Below are positions 37,001 to 44,994 of a stretch of DNA of 45,282 nt, in pieces. The translations under genes were made by a program, and so were the position numbers. Location of the stretch: positions 1 through 45,282 of the IMG/VR virus record IMGVR_UViG_3300033485_000635; one strand, 5' to 3'. How positions within the stretch are numbered: the first letter of the stretch is position 1; each line of letters begins with the position of its first letter. The notes under the pieces are model-generated. The model saw nothing but the letters and a program-made list of their open reading frames with translations. It was not told where the DNA came from and searched no databases. This stretch comes from a virus (taxonomy: Duplodnaviria; Caudoviricetes).

Positions 37001-38168
37001 ACGGCGATAGTGATGGTGATTCTGATACAGATTCACTTGGACTAACACTAGGTGATACACTAGGCGATATGGATGGACTTTCCGATACACTAGGTGATAG
37101 TGATGGTGATTCTGAAACAGACGGCGACGCCGATGGACTTTCTGAAATACTAGGACTTAGCGACGGCGACACACTAGGCGATTCACTTACGGATGGCGAT
37201 AGACTAGGTGAAATTGATACCGATGGTGATAGAGATGGACTTTCCGAAACGCTAGGGGATATAGATGGACTTTCTGATACACTTGGCGACAGCGACGGAC
37301 TGACTGATACACTTGGCGATACTGACGGCGATACTGATACTGATGGGCTTAAGGACGGCGAAACGGACGGACTTACTGAGACCGATGGCGAAAGTGATGG
37401 AGAAACAGATACACTGGGCGACAATGATGGCGAGACTGATATCGATGGACTCAGTGACGGACTCACCGATACAGATGGTGAGAGTGATGGTGATACTGAT
37501 GGTGACGGGCTTGACTGAGCTGGTCTAAAGACAAATGTACCGCCGTACGAATCCATACCGGTAGCGACATTAGTAATATCAGTTGCACCAGTTGATGTCC
37601 CGCCAGTTGCAAATGTCTGTGAAGCAACCGAAAGACAACCATTACCACCAACATTCTGGGCTCTGGTATCCCAACTACCACCGGGCATCGTGATGGCGCT
37701 GTCAGTATTGACTACCCAGCAAGCCAAAGCAAATGCACCGTTGCATGCTGTTGTTACGGCTGGCGCAGTTGGTGAGGTGTCATTACTGTAAGCAGTCCAG
37801 GCACCAGTACCAGAAAACGCTACATCTTGTGGACTATTGCTACTGATACCGGATAGTGCAGCTACCCACCAGCCGACTGGTTCGGATGTACTGGCTGAGT
37901 CAAAGGTATAAGTCGCAGGTTCGCCAGCCGCGTTGGTAACATATTTATAAAAGATACCCGCGTATCTGTCATTCTGGGTTGTAATGCCAGCTGACGCGGC
38001 AACAGTCCAGCCCGCGTCTGGCGCAACCACAGACGCGTATTCCTTACCGACAACTGCTACTAAGTAGTCACTGTTAGCAATACTAGCTGGCGCGATGATA
38101 GCAAAGGTGCCATCTGCTGCTCCAGTAGTAGTACCACCTGTACAGGCTGAACGGACTGCAATTGCCAT
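34005..38168 (-). CDS. giant mucin-like Ser/Pro virion protein (N-terminal ~218-aa beta domain, ~1140-aa (S-X)n tract, short hydrophobic tail)
   Basis: Translation; located in the head-decoration block; no signal peptide. Confidence 0.85.
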   Translation of the reverse strand: MAIAVRSACTGGTTTGAADGTFAIIAPASIANSDYLVAVVGKEYASVVAPDAGWTVAASAGITTQNDRYAGIFYKYVTNAAGEPATYTFDSASTSEPVGWWVAALSGISSNSPQDVAFSGTGAWTAYSNDTSPTAPAVTTACNGAFALACWVVNTDSAITMPGGSWDTRAQNVGGNGCLSVASQTFATGGTSTGATDITNVATGMDSYGGTFVFRPAQSSPSPSVSPSLSPSVSVSPSLSPSISVSPSLSPSVSVSPSLSPSVSVSPSVSPSLSPSVSVSPSVSPSVSVSPSLSPSVSESPSISPSVSESPSLSPSVSISPSLSPSVSESPSVSPSLSPSISESPSASPSVSESPSLSPSVSESPSISPSVSPSVSPSESVSESPSLSPSVSESPSESVSESPSLSPSISESPSESPSESPSLSPSVSESPSESISESPSESISVSPSLSPSVSESPSESISVSPSLSPSVSESPSVSPSEEPGITLRTNYWHIDWGEVPSESPSLSPSASLSPSVSESPSESISESPSVSPSLSPSISESPSESPSESISVSPSLSPSISESPSESISESPSLSPSISESPSESLSESPSLSPSVSESPSLSPSVSESPSESPSESPSLSPSVSVSPSESPSESPSLSPSISESPSESISESPSESVSVSPSLSPSASESPSESISVSPSLSPSVSESPSESVSESPSESVSESPSLSPSVSESLSESPSISPSLSPSISESPSESPSESVSESPSVSPSIGSASESPSASPSLSPSISESPSVSPSVSPSVSESPSVSPSVSESPSLSPSVSVSPSISPSISESPSESPSESPSLSPSISESPSLSPSVSESPSVSPSLSPSVSVSPSLSPSISESPSVSPSESPSLSPSISESPSESVSVSPSLSPSISESPSESVSESPSLSPSVSESPSESPSESPSESPSESLSESSSLSPSVSISPSESLSESPSLSPSISESPSESVSISPSLSPSISESPSESLSESPSLSPSISESPSLSPSLSESPSESISESPSVSPSIGVSSESPSISPSLSPSISESPSISPSISPSVSESPSESVSESISESPSESVSESPSISPSVSESPSESISESPSLSPSVSESPSESVSESPSLSPSVSESPSLSPSISESPSASPSVSESPSESVSESPSLSPSVSESPSESVSESPSESPSLSPSLSPSISESPSESVSVSPSLSPSVSESPSESISESPSLSPSASESPSESVSESPSLSPSASESPSESPSVSPSLSPSISESPSESPSESPSLSPSVSESPSISPSVSESPSESISVSPSLSPSVSESPSESPSLSPSVSESPSVSPSLSPSISESPSISPSLSPSVSESPSVSPSAGLVLVPIISANGVHSTIFGRSIING
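34086..37514 (-). repeat. (Ser-X)n tract of ~1143 codons with one non-repetitive insert (~36670-36729)
   Basis: SPS[EVILA]S... throughout; local exact DNA repeats, e.g. ~45 nt at 34677 and 34791. Confidence 0.95.
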
Positions 38169-38196
38169 CTAGTAATTAGTCCCTTTTAGGTACATC

Positions 38197-38871
38197 TCAA
38201 TCTTTAGAGATCATGTTGACGGTTGTGATTATACTTGGGCATGCCGGTCGATCAGGGTTGGCCGCTGATGCCGACGCCACTAGAACTGTACCGGTATCAT
38301 CCGACCACCACTTGAGTTCAAAATATTGGCTAGCCGAGAATGTATAGATATAGGTTACCGTTACAATACGTTCATTACCAGTACCAACGAACTTGCTGAC
38401 TGTGTTAGAGCGCGAGACGTTAGCGCCATCTACCGCTAGCCAGATGTCCATTGTTTTGTTAGGCGCGGTAGATTTAGCTACTGCCGAGAATGTAATAAGA
38501 TAAGTTCCTGCTGTATCGATATAGACTGCCGCGGGACAGGTTACCGTGCTGTGCGTAATACCACTCTTGCACTCGTCTATATTGTAAGTGATAGCGTATG
38601 CGCTGGCAGTGTTACCTATAGTCTGAGTAGTAGAATCCGAGAAGCAGCCATAGGGTAGACTAAGGCCAGCCGATCCACTGAATGATGTTCTGCCCGACGC
38701 ACTGATATTGACATAACTTGTCACGCCGCCGTCGCCCAGAATGATGTTGTTTGCGCTGTCCACAACAATAGCTTTAGCGACTGCCGCATCATCGTTAGCA
38801 AAAACGCGGTGCGATAGCGAGTGATCGGGGCTACTGAGTTTGTTTGATGTTAGTGGTTGTCCGATTGCCAT
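38197..38871 (-). CDS. virion protein with C1q/BclA-like (TNF-fold) C-terminal domain
   Basis: YG.FSD.TTQT......AITYN....GITHS....VYIDTAGTYLITFS...IWL.VDG.NV..S...YFELKW. Confidence 0.6.
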   Translation of the reverse strand: MAIGQPLTSNKLSSPDHSLSHRVFANDDAAVAKAIVVDSANNIILGDGGVTSYVNISASGRTSFSGSAGLSLPYGCFSDSTTQTIGNTASAYAITYNIDECKSGITHSTVTCPAAVYIDTAGTYLITFSAVAKSTAPNKTMDIWLAVDGANVSRSNTVSKFVGTGNERIVTVTYIYTFSASQYFELKWWSDDTGTVLVASASAANPDRPACPSIITTVNMISKD

Positions 38872-38881
38872 ATTATTACTC

Positions 38882-39808
38882 CTATGTTGGCGCGTTAGGG
38901 TCTAGTTGGTAGACACGACAGGTTACTATATTTCCTGGTCCTAGATAGTTGGTAAGGTCGTCTATATGCGCGAATAGAGAAAAGTCAGTATTTGCGCCAG
39001 GTGATACATAGTAGGCGTATTCATCTGCATAATCTGTGATGTCAGAAGCGTAAGAATCAGAGACTTGATCTATGACCTCCCATTCATCAGTATTATAGTT
39101 GTAGATTTGCAGATAGACATAGGATATTGCCGGGTCTACGTCAGTTTGGCCGTACCATTCAAAGGTAGCCTTGACGACCGACACCGCGAAGTCCTTGAAT
39201 TGATGGATGGCAAATTGTTCAGTTGCAGTTTGATCTACATAAGTGCTGTCTTTGTCCTCTACGTCAAGGTAGTCTTGCGCAGAGTAAGAGGTTTCTAGGT
39301 TGGTATCAGCAGCTGGTAGGTTAGCATAGTTACCGCGCGTATATTCAGCCCAACCCGGTGACGGTGATGGTGATACTGATGGCGATTCAGATGGCGAGGC
39401 ACTAGGCGAAATACTTACTGAGGGCGATAGGGATGGTGATGCTGATGGTGACTCAGAGACAGATGGCGATAGTGATGGTGACTCAGATGGTGATACTGAT
39501 ACTGAGGGCGATAGGGACGATGACGGTGATGCCGATGGCGACTCAGAGGGTGATTCCGAGACAGACGGCGATAGGGATGGCGATACTGATGGCGATTCAG
39601 ATACTGATTGAGAGAGCGATGAGGATGGTGACAGCGACGGTGATACTGACGGCGATTCGGATACCGACGGTGATAATGAAACCGATGGACTTAGACTAGG
39701 TGATTCACTAGGGCTCTCAGACGCTGATTCATATACGCCGGGCCAGTAGACATTAGGCCAGTAGACATTAGGCCAGTAGACATTAGGCCAGTAAATGTTT
39801 GAGGCCAT
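38882..39808 (-). CDS. virion protein with N-terminal YWPNV repeats, ~125-aa (S-X)n tract and C-terminal globular domain
   Basis: Translation; tract spans ~39355-39727. Confidence 0.8.
   Translation of the reverse strand: MASNIYWPNVYWPNVYWPNVYWPGVYESASESPSESPSLSPSVSLSPSVSESPSVSPSLSPSSSLSQSVSESPSVSPSLSPSVSESPSESPSASPSSSLSPSVSVSPSESPSLSPSVSESPSASPSLSPSVSISPSASPSESPSVSPSPSPGWAEYTRGNYANLPAADTNLETSYSAQDYLDVEDKDSTYVDQTATEQFAIHQFKDFAVSVVKATFEWYGQTDVDPAISYVYLQIYNYNTDEWEVIDQVSDSYASDITDYADEYAYYVSPGANTDFSLFAHIDDLTNYLGPGNIVTCRVYQLDPNAPT
39741..39793 (-). repeat. 15-bp tandem repeat x3.5 encoding YWPNV
   Basis: GGCCAGTAGACATTA x3 plus GGCCAGTA on the plus strand. Confidence 0.95.
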
Positions 39809-39817
39809 ATTATATTA

Positions 39818-40459
39818 TTATGTCCCTTTTAGAGTGACTGCCGTACGGTTTCCATCGGCATCAACGGTTGCCGTAATGCGATTATCGTCATCAGCGATAT
39901 TACGAAATGTAATTGTAGACGTTCCCCCACCGGCACTCTTAAGGGCCAAAGCAGAGAGTAACAAACGCAGCACTTGTCGGAATGTTAGAGAGCCTTCCAC
40001 TACCTCGTCTAAGATGGCATCAATAGCAGTATCATTCCACTTTACATTACTATCGCTCTTAGGAACCTTAGCAAGCTCGGCAGGAATATTACCAGCAGTC
40101 TGTATTGTGCCTAGCACGTGAGTCACATCTACACCCCAAGGCTTAGCCGTAGTGCCATCCCAGGAGACGATCAAGCCGCCAACGATAGTATCGCCAATAG
40201 CAGCGCTACCGCTCTTCTGCTGGAAGATGTCTACCCAATAGAAACCAGCCGTTGTCAAGCCTGCTGGCCAAGTTCCAACGTAGAAGTAGCTACTCGCGGG
40301 CGTCTCTGTTAGCGCAATAGCATAATTAGCCCAGTGCGTCACATCCAAAGCCTCCAGCGCGCTACCTGTTATATACCAATAGGTTTTATCAGCAGCGCGA
40401 ATCGTTACATACAGGGTTTTACCTGTAGTTGTATGCCGCCAGGATAATTCACCAGCCAT
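39818..40459 (-). CDS. hypothetical virion protein
   Basis: VEGSLTFRQVLRL...LA.KS.GGGT.TITFR..ADD.NRITATVDADGNRTAVTL C-terminus, which I recognise from phage structural blocks. Confidence 0.6.
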   Translation of the reverse strand: MAGELSWRHTTTGKTLYVTIRAADKTYWYITGSALEALDVTHWANYAIALTETPASSYFYVGTWPAGLTTAGFYWVDIFQQKSGSAAIGDTIVGGLIVSWDGTTAKPWGVDVTHVLGTIQTAGNIPAELAKVPKSDSNVKWNDTAIDAILDEVVEGSLTFRQVLRLLLSALALKSAGGGTSTITFRNIADDDNRITATVDADGNRTAVTLKGT

Positions 40460-40461
40460 AC

Positions 40462-40773
40462 TTATACTCTCCTAATCATCATGCCACCGATTTCAGGCAT
40501 CACCGCTAGGTTCAGGTCCTCATTTTCAGGATATGACCAGGCTCGCCAGCCCATCATAGGAGCAATCTGTTGCTCCATCTCCATTTCAACAATAGCACCA
40601 ACAGTGGTAGCCATCAACCTAGTCAGCTCCATCTCAACAATTACACCGACTGTTGTTACTACCAGTCTATGGCCCTCCATCTCCACGATAGGGCCAACAG
40701 TGGTTACTACCAGTCTATGGCCCTCCATCTCCACGATAGGGCCAACAGTGGTTACTCGTAATGATTCAGTCAC
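40462..40773 (-). CDS. small repeat protein with four 16-aa units (VTTVGPIVEMEGHRLV)
   Basis: Two exact 48-bp repeats (40661-40708, 40709-40756) and two diverged copies; coupled to the upstream gene. Confidence 0.7.
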   Translation of the reverse strand: MTESLRVTTVGPIVEMEGHRLVVTTVGPIVEMEGHRLVVTTVGVIVEMELTRLMATTVGAIVEMEMEQQIAPMMGWRAWSYPENEDLNLAVMPEIGGMMIRRV

Positions 40774-41789
40774 TACGCATAACCTCCTTCACTCTTTACA
40801 CCTACCTCTAGGCCATTGATACCGGTTTGATCCCAAGCTGTACCATCAGGACAGAGGGTACGCCGTTCAATTACCAGAGCGTAATCAGAAGCGACATTCT
40901 GCGCCGTTCCCTCCCAGTCCGTCGAGTTTTCCCGTAGAAACGGCACAGCCTGGGTAGAAGCCGTACCGGTCTTCTTGGCAATCGCGAAAGGCCAAACTGC
41001 ATTCACTGTCATGCCCGCGATAATAGTATAATCGGTAGTAATATAGCTATCAATCACACTGGCAGATGTCGCGTAGACATAATCTGTATCCCCGTTAGGC
41101 GCTAGTTCATCAACTAGCGCGTAGTTATTAACCTTATTGCCGTCCGATCCATCAAAATTGGAGTAATTGCCACTGGCACTAAGAGTCATCTCATAAAACT
41201 GCCTCATCGGTGGAGCAGCCGCAGCCGCTTCACTGGTTGTATCATCACAATAGAAGTCGTCAAGTAGCATACCCGTGGATGGAGAATCAGGACCGCCAAA
41301 GATATAAACATTAGTAATATTAGCAGCACCGGTATTGCCCTCAAAACGCATAATCTCTGTGCCGTCGTAATATACCACGGCCCAACCAGCCACGGCATCT
41401 ATCTTTACATCCAAGCCGATATGTCGCCACGCCCCCAACACTGCACCAGTGTAAGTATCTTGCTCGCTGGCTCCAATGTAGAGAGCCATATCACCACCAC
41501 TCTTCACGCGAACACCAACTAAAATATTGTTAGAAGCATCTCGTAAATTAAACAAGGTGCTTGTACCAGAGGCCGGCGCTTGAAGTTGCCAGTGGCCGCC
41601 GATACGTTTCTGAAGGCTAGCAGTAGTAGCTTTCTTTGCCCATGTTGTAGCAGCTGTGAGAGAGTAACAATTAGCACCGGTTTTACCACCAGTTTTGTTA
41701 GTACCGCTATAATTACCAGTCCCAAATTCATACAAATCAGAATCAGCGCCATAATGAGCACCAATTTCCCATTCAGATGTAATTGTCAT
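40773..41789 (-). CDS. virion protein with ConA/LamG-like N-terminal domain
   Basis: WRHIGLDVKI....GW.VVYYDGTE....GNT...DDFYCDD; C-terminal NYALVDE.....DTDYV...PDGTAW....INGLEVGV. Confidence 0.6.
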   Translation of the reverse strand: MTITSEWEIGAHYGADSDLYEFGTGNYSGTNKTGGKTGANCYSLTAATTWAKKATTASLQKRIGGHWQLQAPASGTSTLFNLRDASNNILVGVRVKSGGDMALYIGASEQDTYTGAVLGAWRHIGLDVKIDAVAGWAVVYYDGTEIMRFEGNTGAANITNVYIFGGPDSPSTGMLLDDFYCDDTTSEAAAAAPPMRQFYEMTLSASGNYSNFDGSDGNKVNNYALVDELAPNGDTDYVYATSASVIDSYITTDYTIIAGMTVNAVWPFAIAKKTGTASTQAVPFLRENSTDWEGTAQNVASDYALVIERRTLCPDGTAWDQTGINGLEVGVKSEGGYA

Positions 41790-41822
41790 TAGACATCTCC
41801 GTTAGTATCTATTACCATTCCT

Positions 41823-42722
41823 TTACTGCGCAACCCCAGTAAACCACTTACCGTACTCAGTAAAGGAGTCTGTAGTACTACGCCCGGTAAGCAATGATGT
41901 ATCACAGGTCTTGCCGGGATACCACCAAGCATCCGGCGATTGATAGTCAATTGACCATGCGTAGCGGGTAATCATCGGCTCGGACTCAAAGTAGTCAATC
42001 GCCTTCTGTGCTTCAATCAAAGAGGAAGTCAGCGAGCCGTTGATACATACCGGAACAGCCCATTCCGTGATCCACACTTCCGGGATGTCCCAGGCTTTCG
42101 CCAGCGCGATGTATTTCTTTGTGATGTTGATTAGGTCATCAGCTCTTGCGACGTAGCCATGCACAGCCAGAGCATCCCAGTCAGGAGGGTGGCCGTATTG
42201 AGCGATGAAGGCTTCCCGGCACTGTACGATCCACAGTGGATTGATCTGGCTTGCACCCGGCGCAACCTTCTTGCGATCCGGGTGCGCCTGTTCGATAGCA
42301 TTGATCAGGTATGGACAGCGTAGAACTGCGATATTAGCCTGCTCGACGCCATCCGGTTCGTTGAACTCCATTAGCCATGTGCTATTACAGATCAGCGGCA
42401 CGTCACCGATACCCCAATCACCCCAGATCATCGGTACAGCTTCGGGTTGTACCATACCCCAACTACCTTCCGGTGGCGTCCAAGGGCAAGGTCCCCAGTC
42501 GTAGAACCAGGAAGCATTGAACAGTACAGCAGAGTCATACACACCGCCTAAGCCCTTCTTGCCGGGATCGCTGCGGACTGCCAGTGGAAAATACTTAACA
42601 ACCGCCGCTGATGTAGTCGTATTCACGATAGATATAAAAGGCCGCGACTCAATCTGTGCACCGGAACACATCATGGAGATGACCACTGCTACCACGATCA
42701 GCAGAATTGTACGCTTCGCCAT
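41823..42722 (-). CDS. GH128-like (Glyco_hydro_cc) glycoside hydrolase with signal peptide
   Basis: SWFYDW, VPMIWG, FNEPD (acid/base), DALAVHGY, VWITEW (nucleophile), ITRYAW; N-terminal MAKRTILLIVVAVVISMMC. Confidence 0.85.
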   Translation of the reverse strand: MAKRTILLIVVAVVISMMCSGAQIESRPFISIVNTTTSAAVVKYFPLAVRSDPGKKGLGGVYDSAVLFNASWFYDWGPCPWTPPEGSWGMVQPEAVPMIWGDWGIGDVPLICNSTWLMEFNEPDGVEQANIAVLRCPYLINAIEQAHPDRKKVAPGASQINPLWIVQCREAFIAQYGHPPDWDALAVHGYVARADDLINITKKYIALAKAWDIPEVWITEWAVPVCINGSLTSSLIEAQKAIDYFESEPMITRYAWSIDYQSPDAWWYPGKTCDTSLLTGRSTTDSFTEYGKWFTGVAQ

Positions 42723-42771
42723 TTATATATCTTTATATACGAAGACCAATATGCTTGCCGAACAAGCGGTT

Positions 42772-43125
42772 TTAGATCGGTCTAAGCATAAAGTTACAGC
42801 GTATGCGCGACGTTGCCGTATCGCCGTTAATGAGGCGTACACGTACCGCGTTGCCAAGCACTTCAAGATCAAACGTGCTGGCAGCACAAGCAGTTACCTG
42901 ACAGCTGGCACTAGTGATATCCCAATTGCCGCCCCAGTTGGAGGACTGTTCAACGTACAGACCAGAGCCTGCTCCTAATGCAACAGCCGCATCCGAACGG
43001 AAGATACCGACCAGCCGCGCATAGCCGTTGCTGATAAGACTACCCGAAGCGTCCTCTTTAGCTGCTATAGCACCATAGGAGGACGCCGAGAAGACTATCG
43101 GCATAACTTGACTATGTAGATTCAT
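42772..43125 (-). CDS. small beta-sandwich virion/decoration protein
   Basis: LYVEQS....NWD...AVRVRLING pattern; AAGGA SD; near the capsid genes. Confidence 0.55.
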   Translation of the reverse strand: MNLHSQVMPIVFSASSYGAIAAKEDASGSLISNGYARLVGIFRSDAAVALGAGSGLYVEQSSNWGGNWDITSASCQVTACAASTFDLEVLGNAVRVRLINGDTATSRIRCNFMLRPI

Positions 43126-43147
43126 AATAGTAATCCTTAGCTTTTCC

Positions 43148-43333
43148 TTGAAACCCTAAAGGGTTTCAATAGTAATAAATACGGAGTACATCAAGCCAGC
43201 CAGGGCTGACCGTGTACTCCGTCTAGACTACCGATATTCATTAATGCTGCTCCCAGCCCTTGCTTACCTAGGGCCACAAGGGGCTCTATCTCACAAGAAA
43301 GCCATCTAATTAAGGGTAGCAACTACTGCTACT
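43148..43333 (-). ncRNA. candidate structured sRNA / long 5' leader
   Basis: Downstream of a promoter; several stems including ACGGAGTACA/TGTACTCCGT (43181-43222) followed by an AT-rich run, and TTGAAACCC/GGGTTTCAA (43148-43169). No family recognised. Confidence 0.3.
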
Positions 43334-43340
43334 ATATAAG

Positions 43341-43369
43341 TATATAGCACGGCCATGTGCCTATGTCAA
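43341..43369 (-). promoter_or_regulatory. sigma70-like promoter
   Basis: TTGACA-17 nt-TATATA with TG extension (or TATACT at 19 nt). Confidence 0.55.
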
Positions 43370-43505
43370 GACTTATCGGCGTCTTACGCCATACTCATAC
43401 GGTGTATGGCCTCAGGGGTTATTCTCTTCGCTCGACGAGCACTCAGCGGTCGAACCCGCTGAGACCGATGCGCTCGCTCGGAGAGTATAAGGGGATTGCC
43501 CCCTA

Positions 43506-43949
43506 TTAGCCAGTTAGCAGCATATACTGAATGGTAAGCTTGCAACCAGCTACCGCTGTGCAAGCCGTAGCCATGAAGTCCAGATCGACGACATTGGTTG
43601 CCGCCGATGCACTAACAAGCACAAGGCCGTCCGGCACGGAAGCCGCTTGGACGAACACATAGTTGCCGATAGCTGCGCCGGTAACCGACATCTGGCATGA
43701 GCCGGGTGCGCCAGCCGAAGCACTGTCCGTAGCTGCGAACGACGGCGCATTGACTGTACCGGAACCGAACAGCAGTTTGGTGAGCTTTGTACCGCCACCA
43801 ATAGCTACGCCAGAGCTGGATATAGTCATGCTGCCAGATGAGTTGTTAAGGGAACCGGTAGTAAGGGTTCCGCCAGAGAATGCGACATCACCGGAGAAAG
43901 CTGCGCCACCGGTAGCTTCGATTTTACGCCGAATACGAAAACAAGGCAT
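43506..43949 (-). CDS. putative capsid decoration / head fibre protein
   Basis: Directly after MCP; likely start ATG 43949 (GAAAGGA SD); VTGAAIGNYVFV motif. Confidence 0.6.
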   Translation of the reverse strand: MPCFRIRRKIEATGGAAFSGDVAFSGGTLTTGSLNNSSGSMTISSSGVAIGGGTKLTKLLFGSGTVNAPSFAATDSASAGAPGSCQMSVTGAAIGNYVFVQAASVPDGLVLVSASAATNVVDLDFMATACTAVAGCKLTIQYMLLTG

Positions 43950-43962
43950 ATGGACCATCCTT

Positions 43963-44046
43963 TCCGCGGGCAACGCGGATCATCCTAAGAGTTAGACCCT
44001 TTCGGGCGTCTACGGGCAACGTAGACCATCAGTCCCTTAATGGACT
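43963..44046 (-). other. cluster of four hairpins after the major capsid gene
   Basis: Minus strand CAGTCC/GGACTG; GTCTACG-TTGCC-CGTAGAC; GCCC-GAAA-GGGT; TCCGCG-TTGCC-CGCGGA. Confidence 0.65.
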
Positions 44047-44058
44047 GGCCGTACTACA

Positions 44059-44979
44059 TTACACGACGTTATACAGAATAGCACCACTGTCAGAGGCTGT
44101 AATAACCTCGTCGGTGTAGTGCATAGCTTCTACGACGTCCTGATGTTCCTGATCCTCGCGATAGCGACGCACGGTACGGTTACCCCATTCAAGGACATAA
44201 CCGGCTGCGGGTGTCATCAGGGATGGCGTTGCAGGCACATAACCGCACCAGAACTGATCGCCCCAGATGTATAATGGGCTAGCAGTAACGCCTTCCTGAC
44301 CCTTATCCCACAGGGCGTTTCCGATCAGGACCTTTTCGAAGCCAAACCATGAGCGTAGGTCACCAACTTCCACCCGACCAGATGGACGTGTGTACTTCAC
44401 GCGGTCCAGGAAGTCAGGGTGCTGGCGTAGGTGCCGCCAAACGTCCCAAGACATAACAGCCACATTGGGCTGCGCGCCGGTAACACTGATGACGCCGTTC
44501 ATAGCAGCATCGATATCGCCCCATGGGTCGGAAGTATCGACGGACCATTGGGTTGTGGGCGTAGTGCTGTAGGCCCAGAGCCCGCTGCCACCGGTAGTAA
44601 GATTGGCAACACGCCGCTCAAGGGCACGCAGCAAAGCGCTGGTCACAAACTCAGTCGCTTCAACATCAGGCCGTAGAGGATTATCGGCATTATCGCGCAC
44701 TTCGTCGGGCACAACCTTCGCGATAGCGTAGTTGATGGCTACGTAGGAGGCGGTTGTGATGTCGTAGTCGGCGCGAGCCGCGCGGGTTCCAGGAGCACGT
44801 ATGGCAACTTCATCACGCTGCCAAGCGGCTTTCGGGAAGACCCAGTAGTAATCGGTTTTCTTGTTCACGCCGACTACAGGGAATACCTGATCAGCGATAA
44901 ACGCAGCATTAGTATAGGCGATGCTGATATTCGACAACGCAGTATCGATATGGACATCGCGCACAGTAGGCATAGGCAT
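44059..44979 (-). CDS. major capsid protein (HK97 fold)
   Basis: HIDTALSNISIAY.N..FIADQVFP.V.V, ERRVA.L, SDP..DI, G.QPNVAVMS..VW..LR.HP; AAGGAGG SD. Confidence 0.9.
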   Translation of the reverse strand: MPMPTVRDVHIDTALSNISIAYTNAAFIADQVFPVVGVNKKTDYYWVFPKAAWQRDEVAIRAPGTRAARADYDITTASYVAINYAIAKVVPDEVRDNADNPLRPDVEATEFVTSALLRALERRVANLTTGGSGLWAYSTTPTTQWSVDTSDPWGDIDAAMNGVISVTGAQPNVAVMSWDVWRHLRQHPDFLDRVKYTRPSGRVEVGDLRSWFGFEKVLIGNALWDKGQEGVTASPLYIWGDQFWCGYVPATPSLMTPAAGYVLEWGNRTVRRYREDQEHQDVVEAMHYTDEVITASDSGAILYNVV

Positions 44980-44994
44980 TGTATATATCCTCCT

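Noticed and set aside
34086-37514. CRISPR-like or satellite array
   Set aside because: No constant repeat with unique spacers; the periodicity is explained by the in-frame peptide repeat.
34138-37518. Long plus-strand Gly/Asp/Ser ORFs (853 and 272 aa)
   Set aside because: Shadow ORFs. A stop in that antisense frame needs a sense codon beginning TA or CA (Tyr/His/Gln), and the Ser/Pro tract lacks these. The frame breaks exactly at the NYWH island.
43985-44046. Hammerhead ribozyme (CTGATG...GAAA on the minus strand)
   Set aside because: The core reads CTGATGG rather than CTGANGA, and the GAAA is a tetraloop closing its own stem; the three-stem junction cannot be formed.
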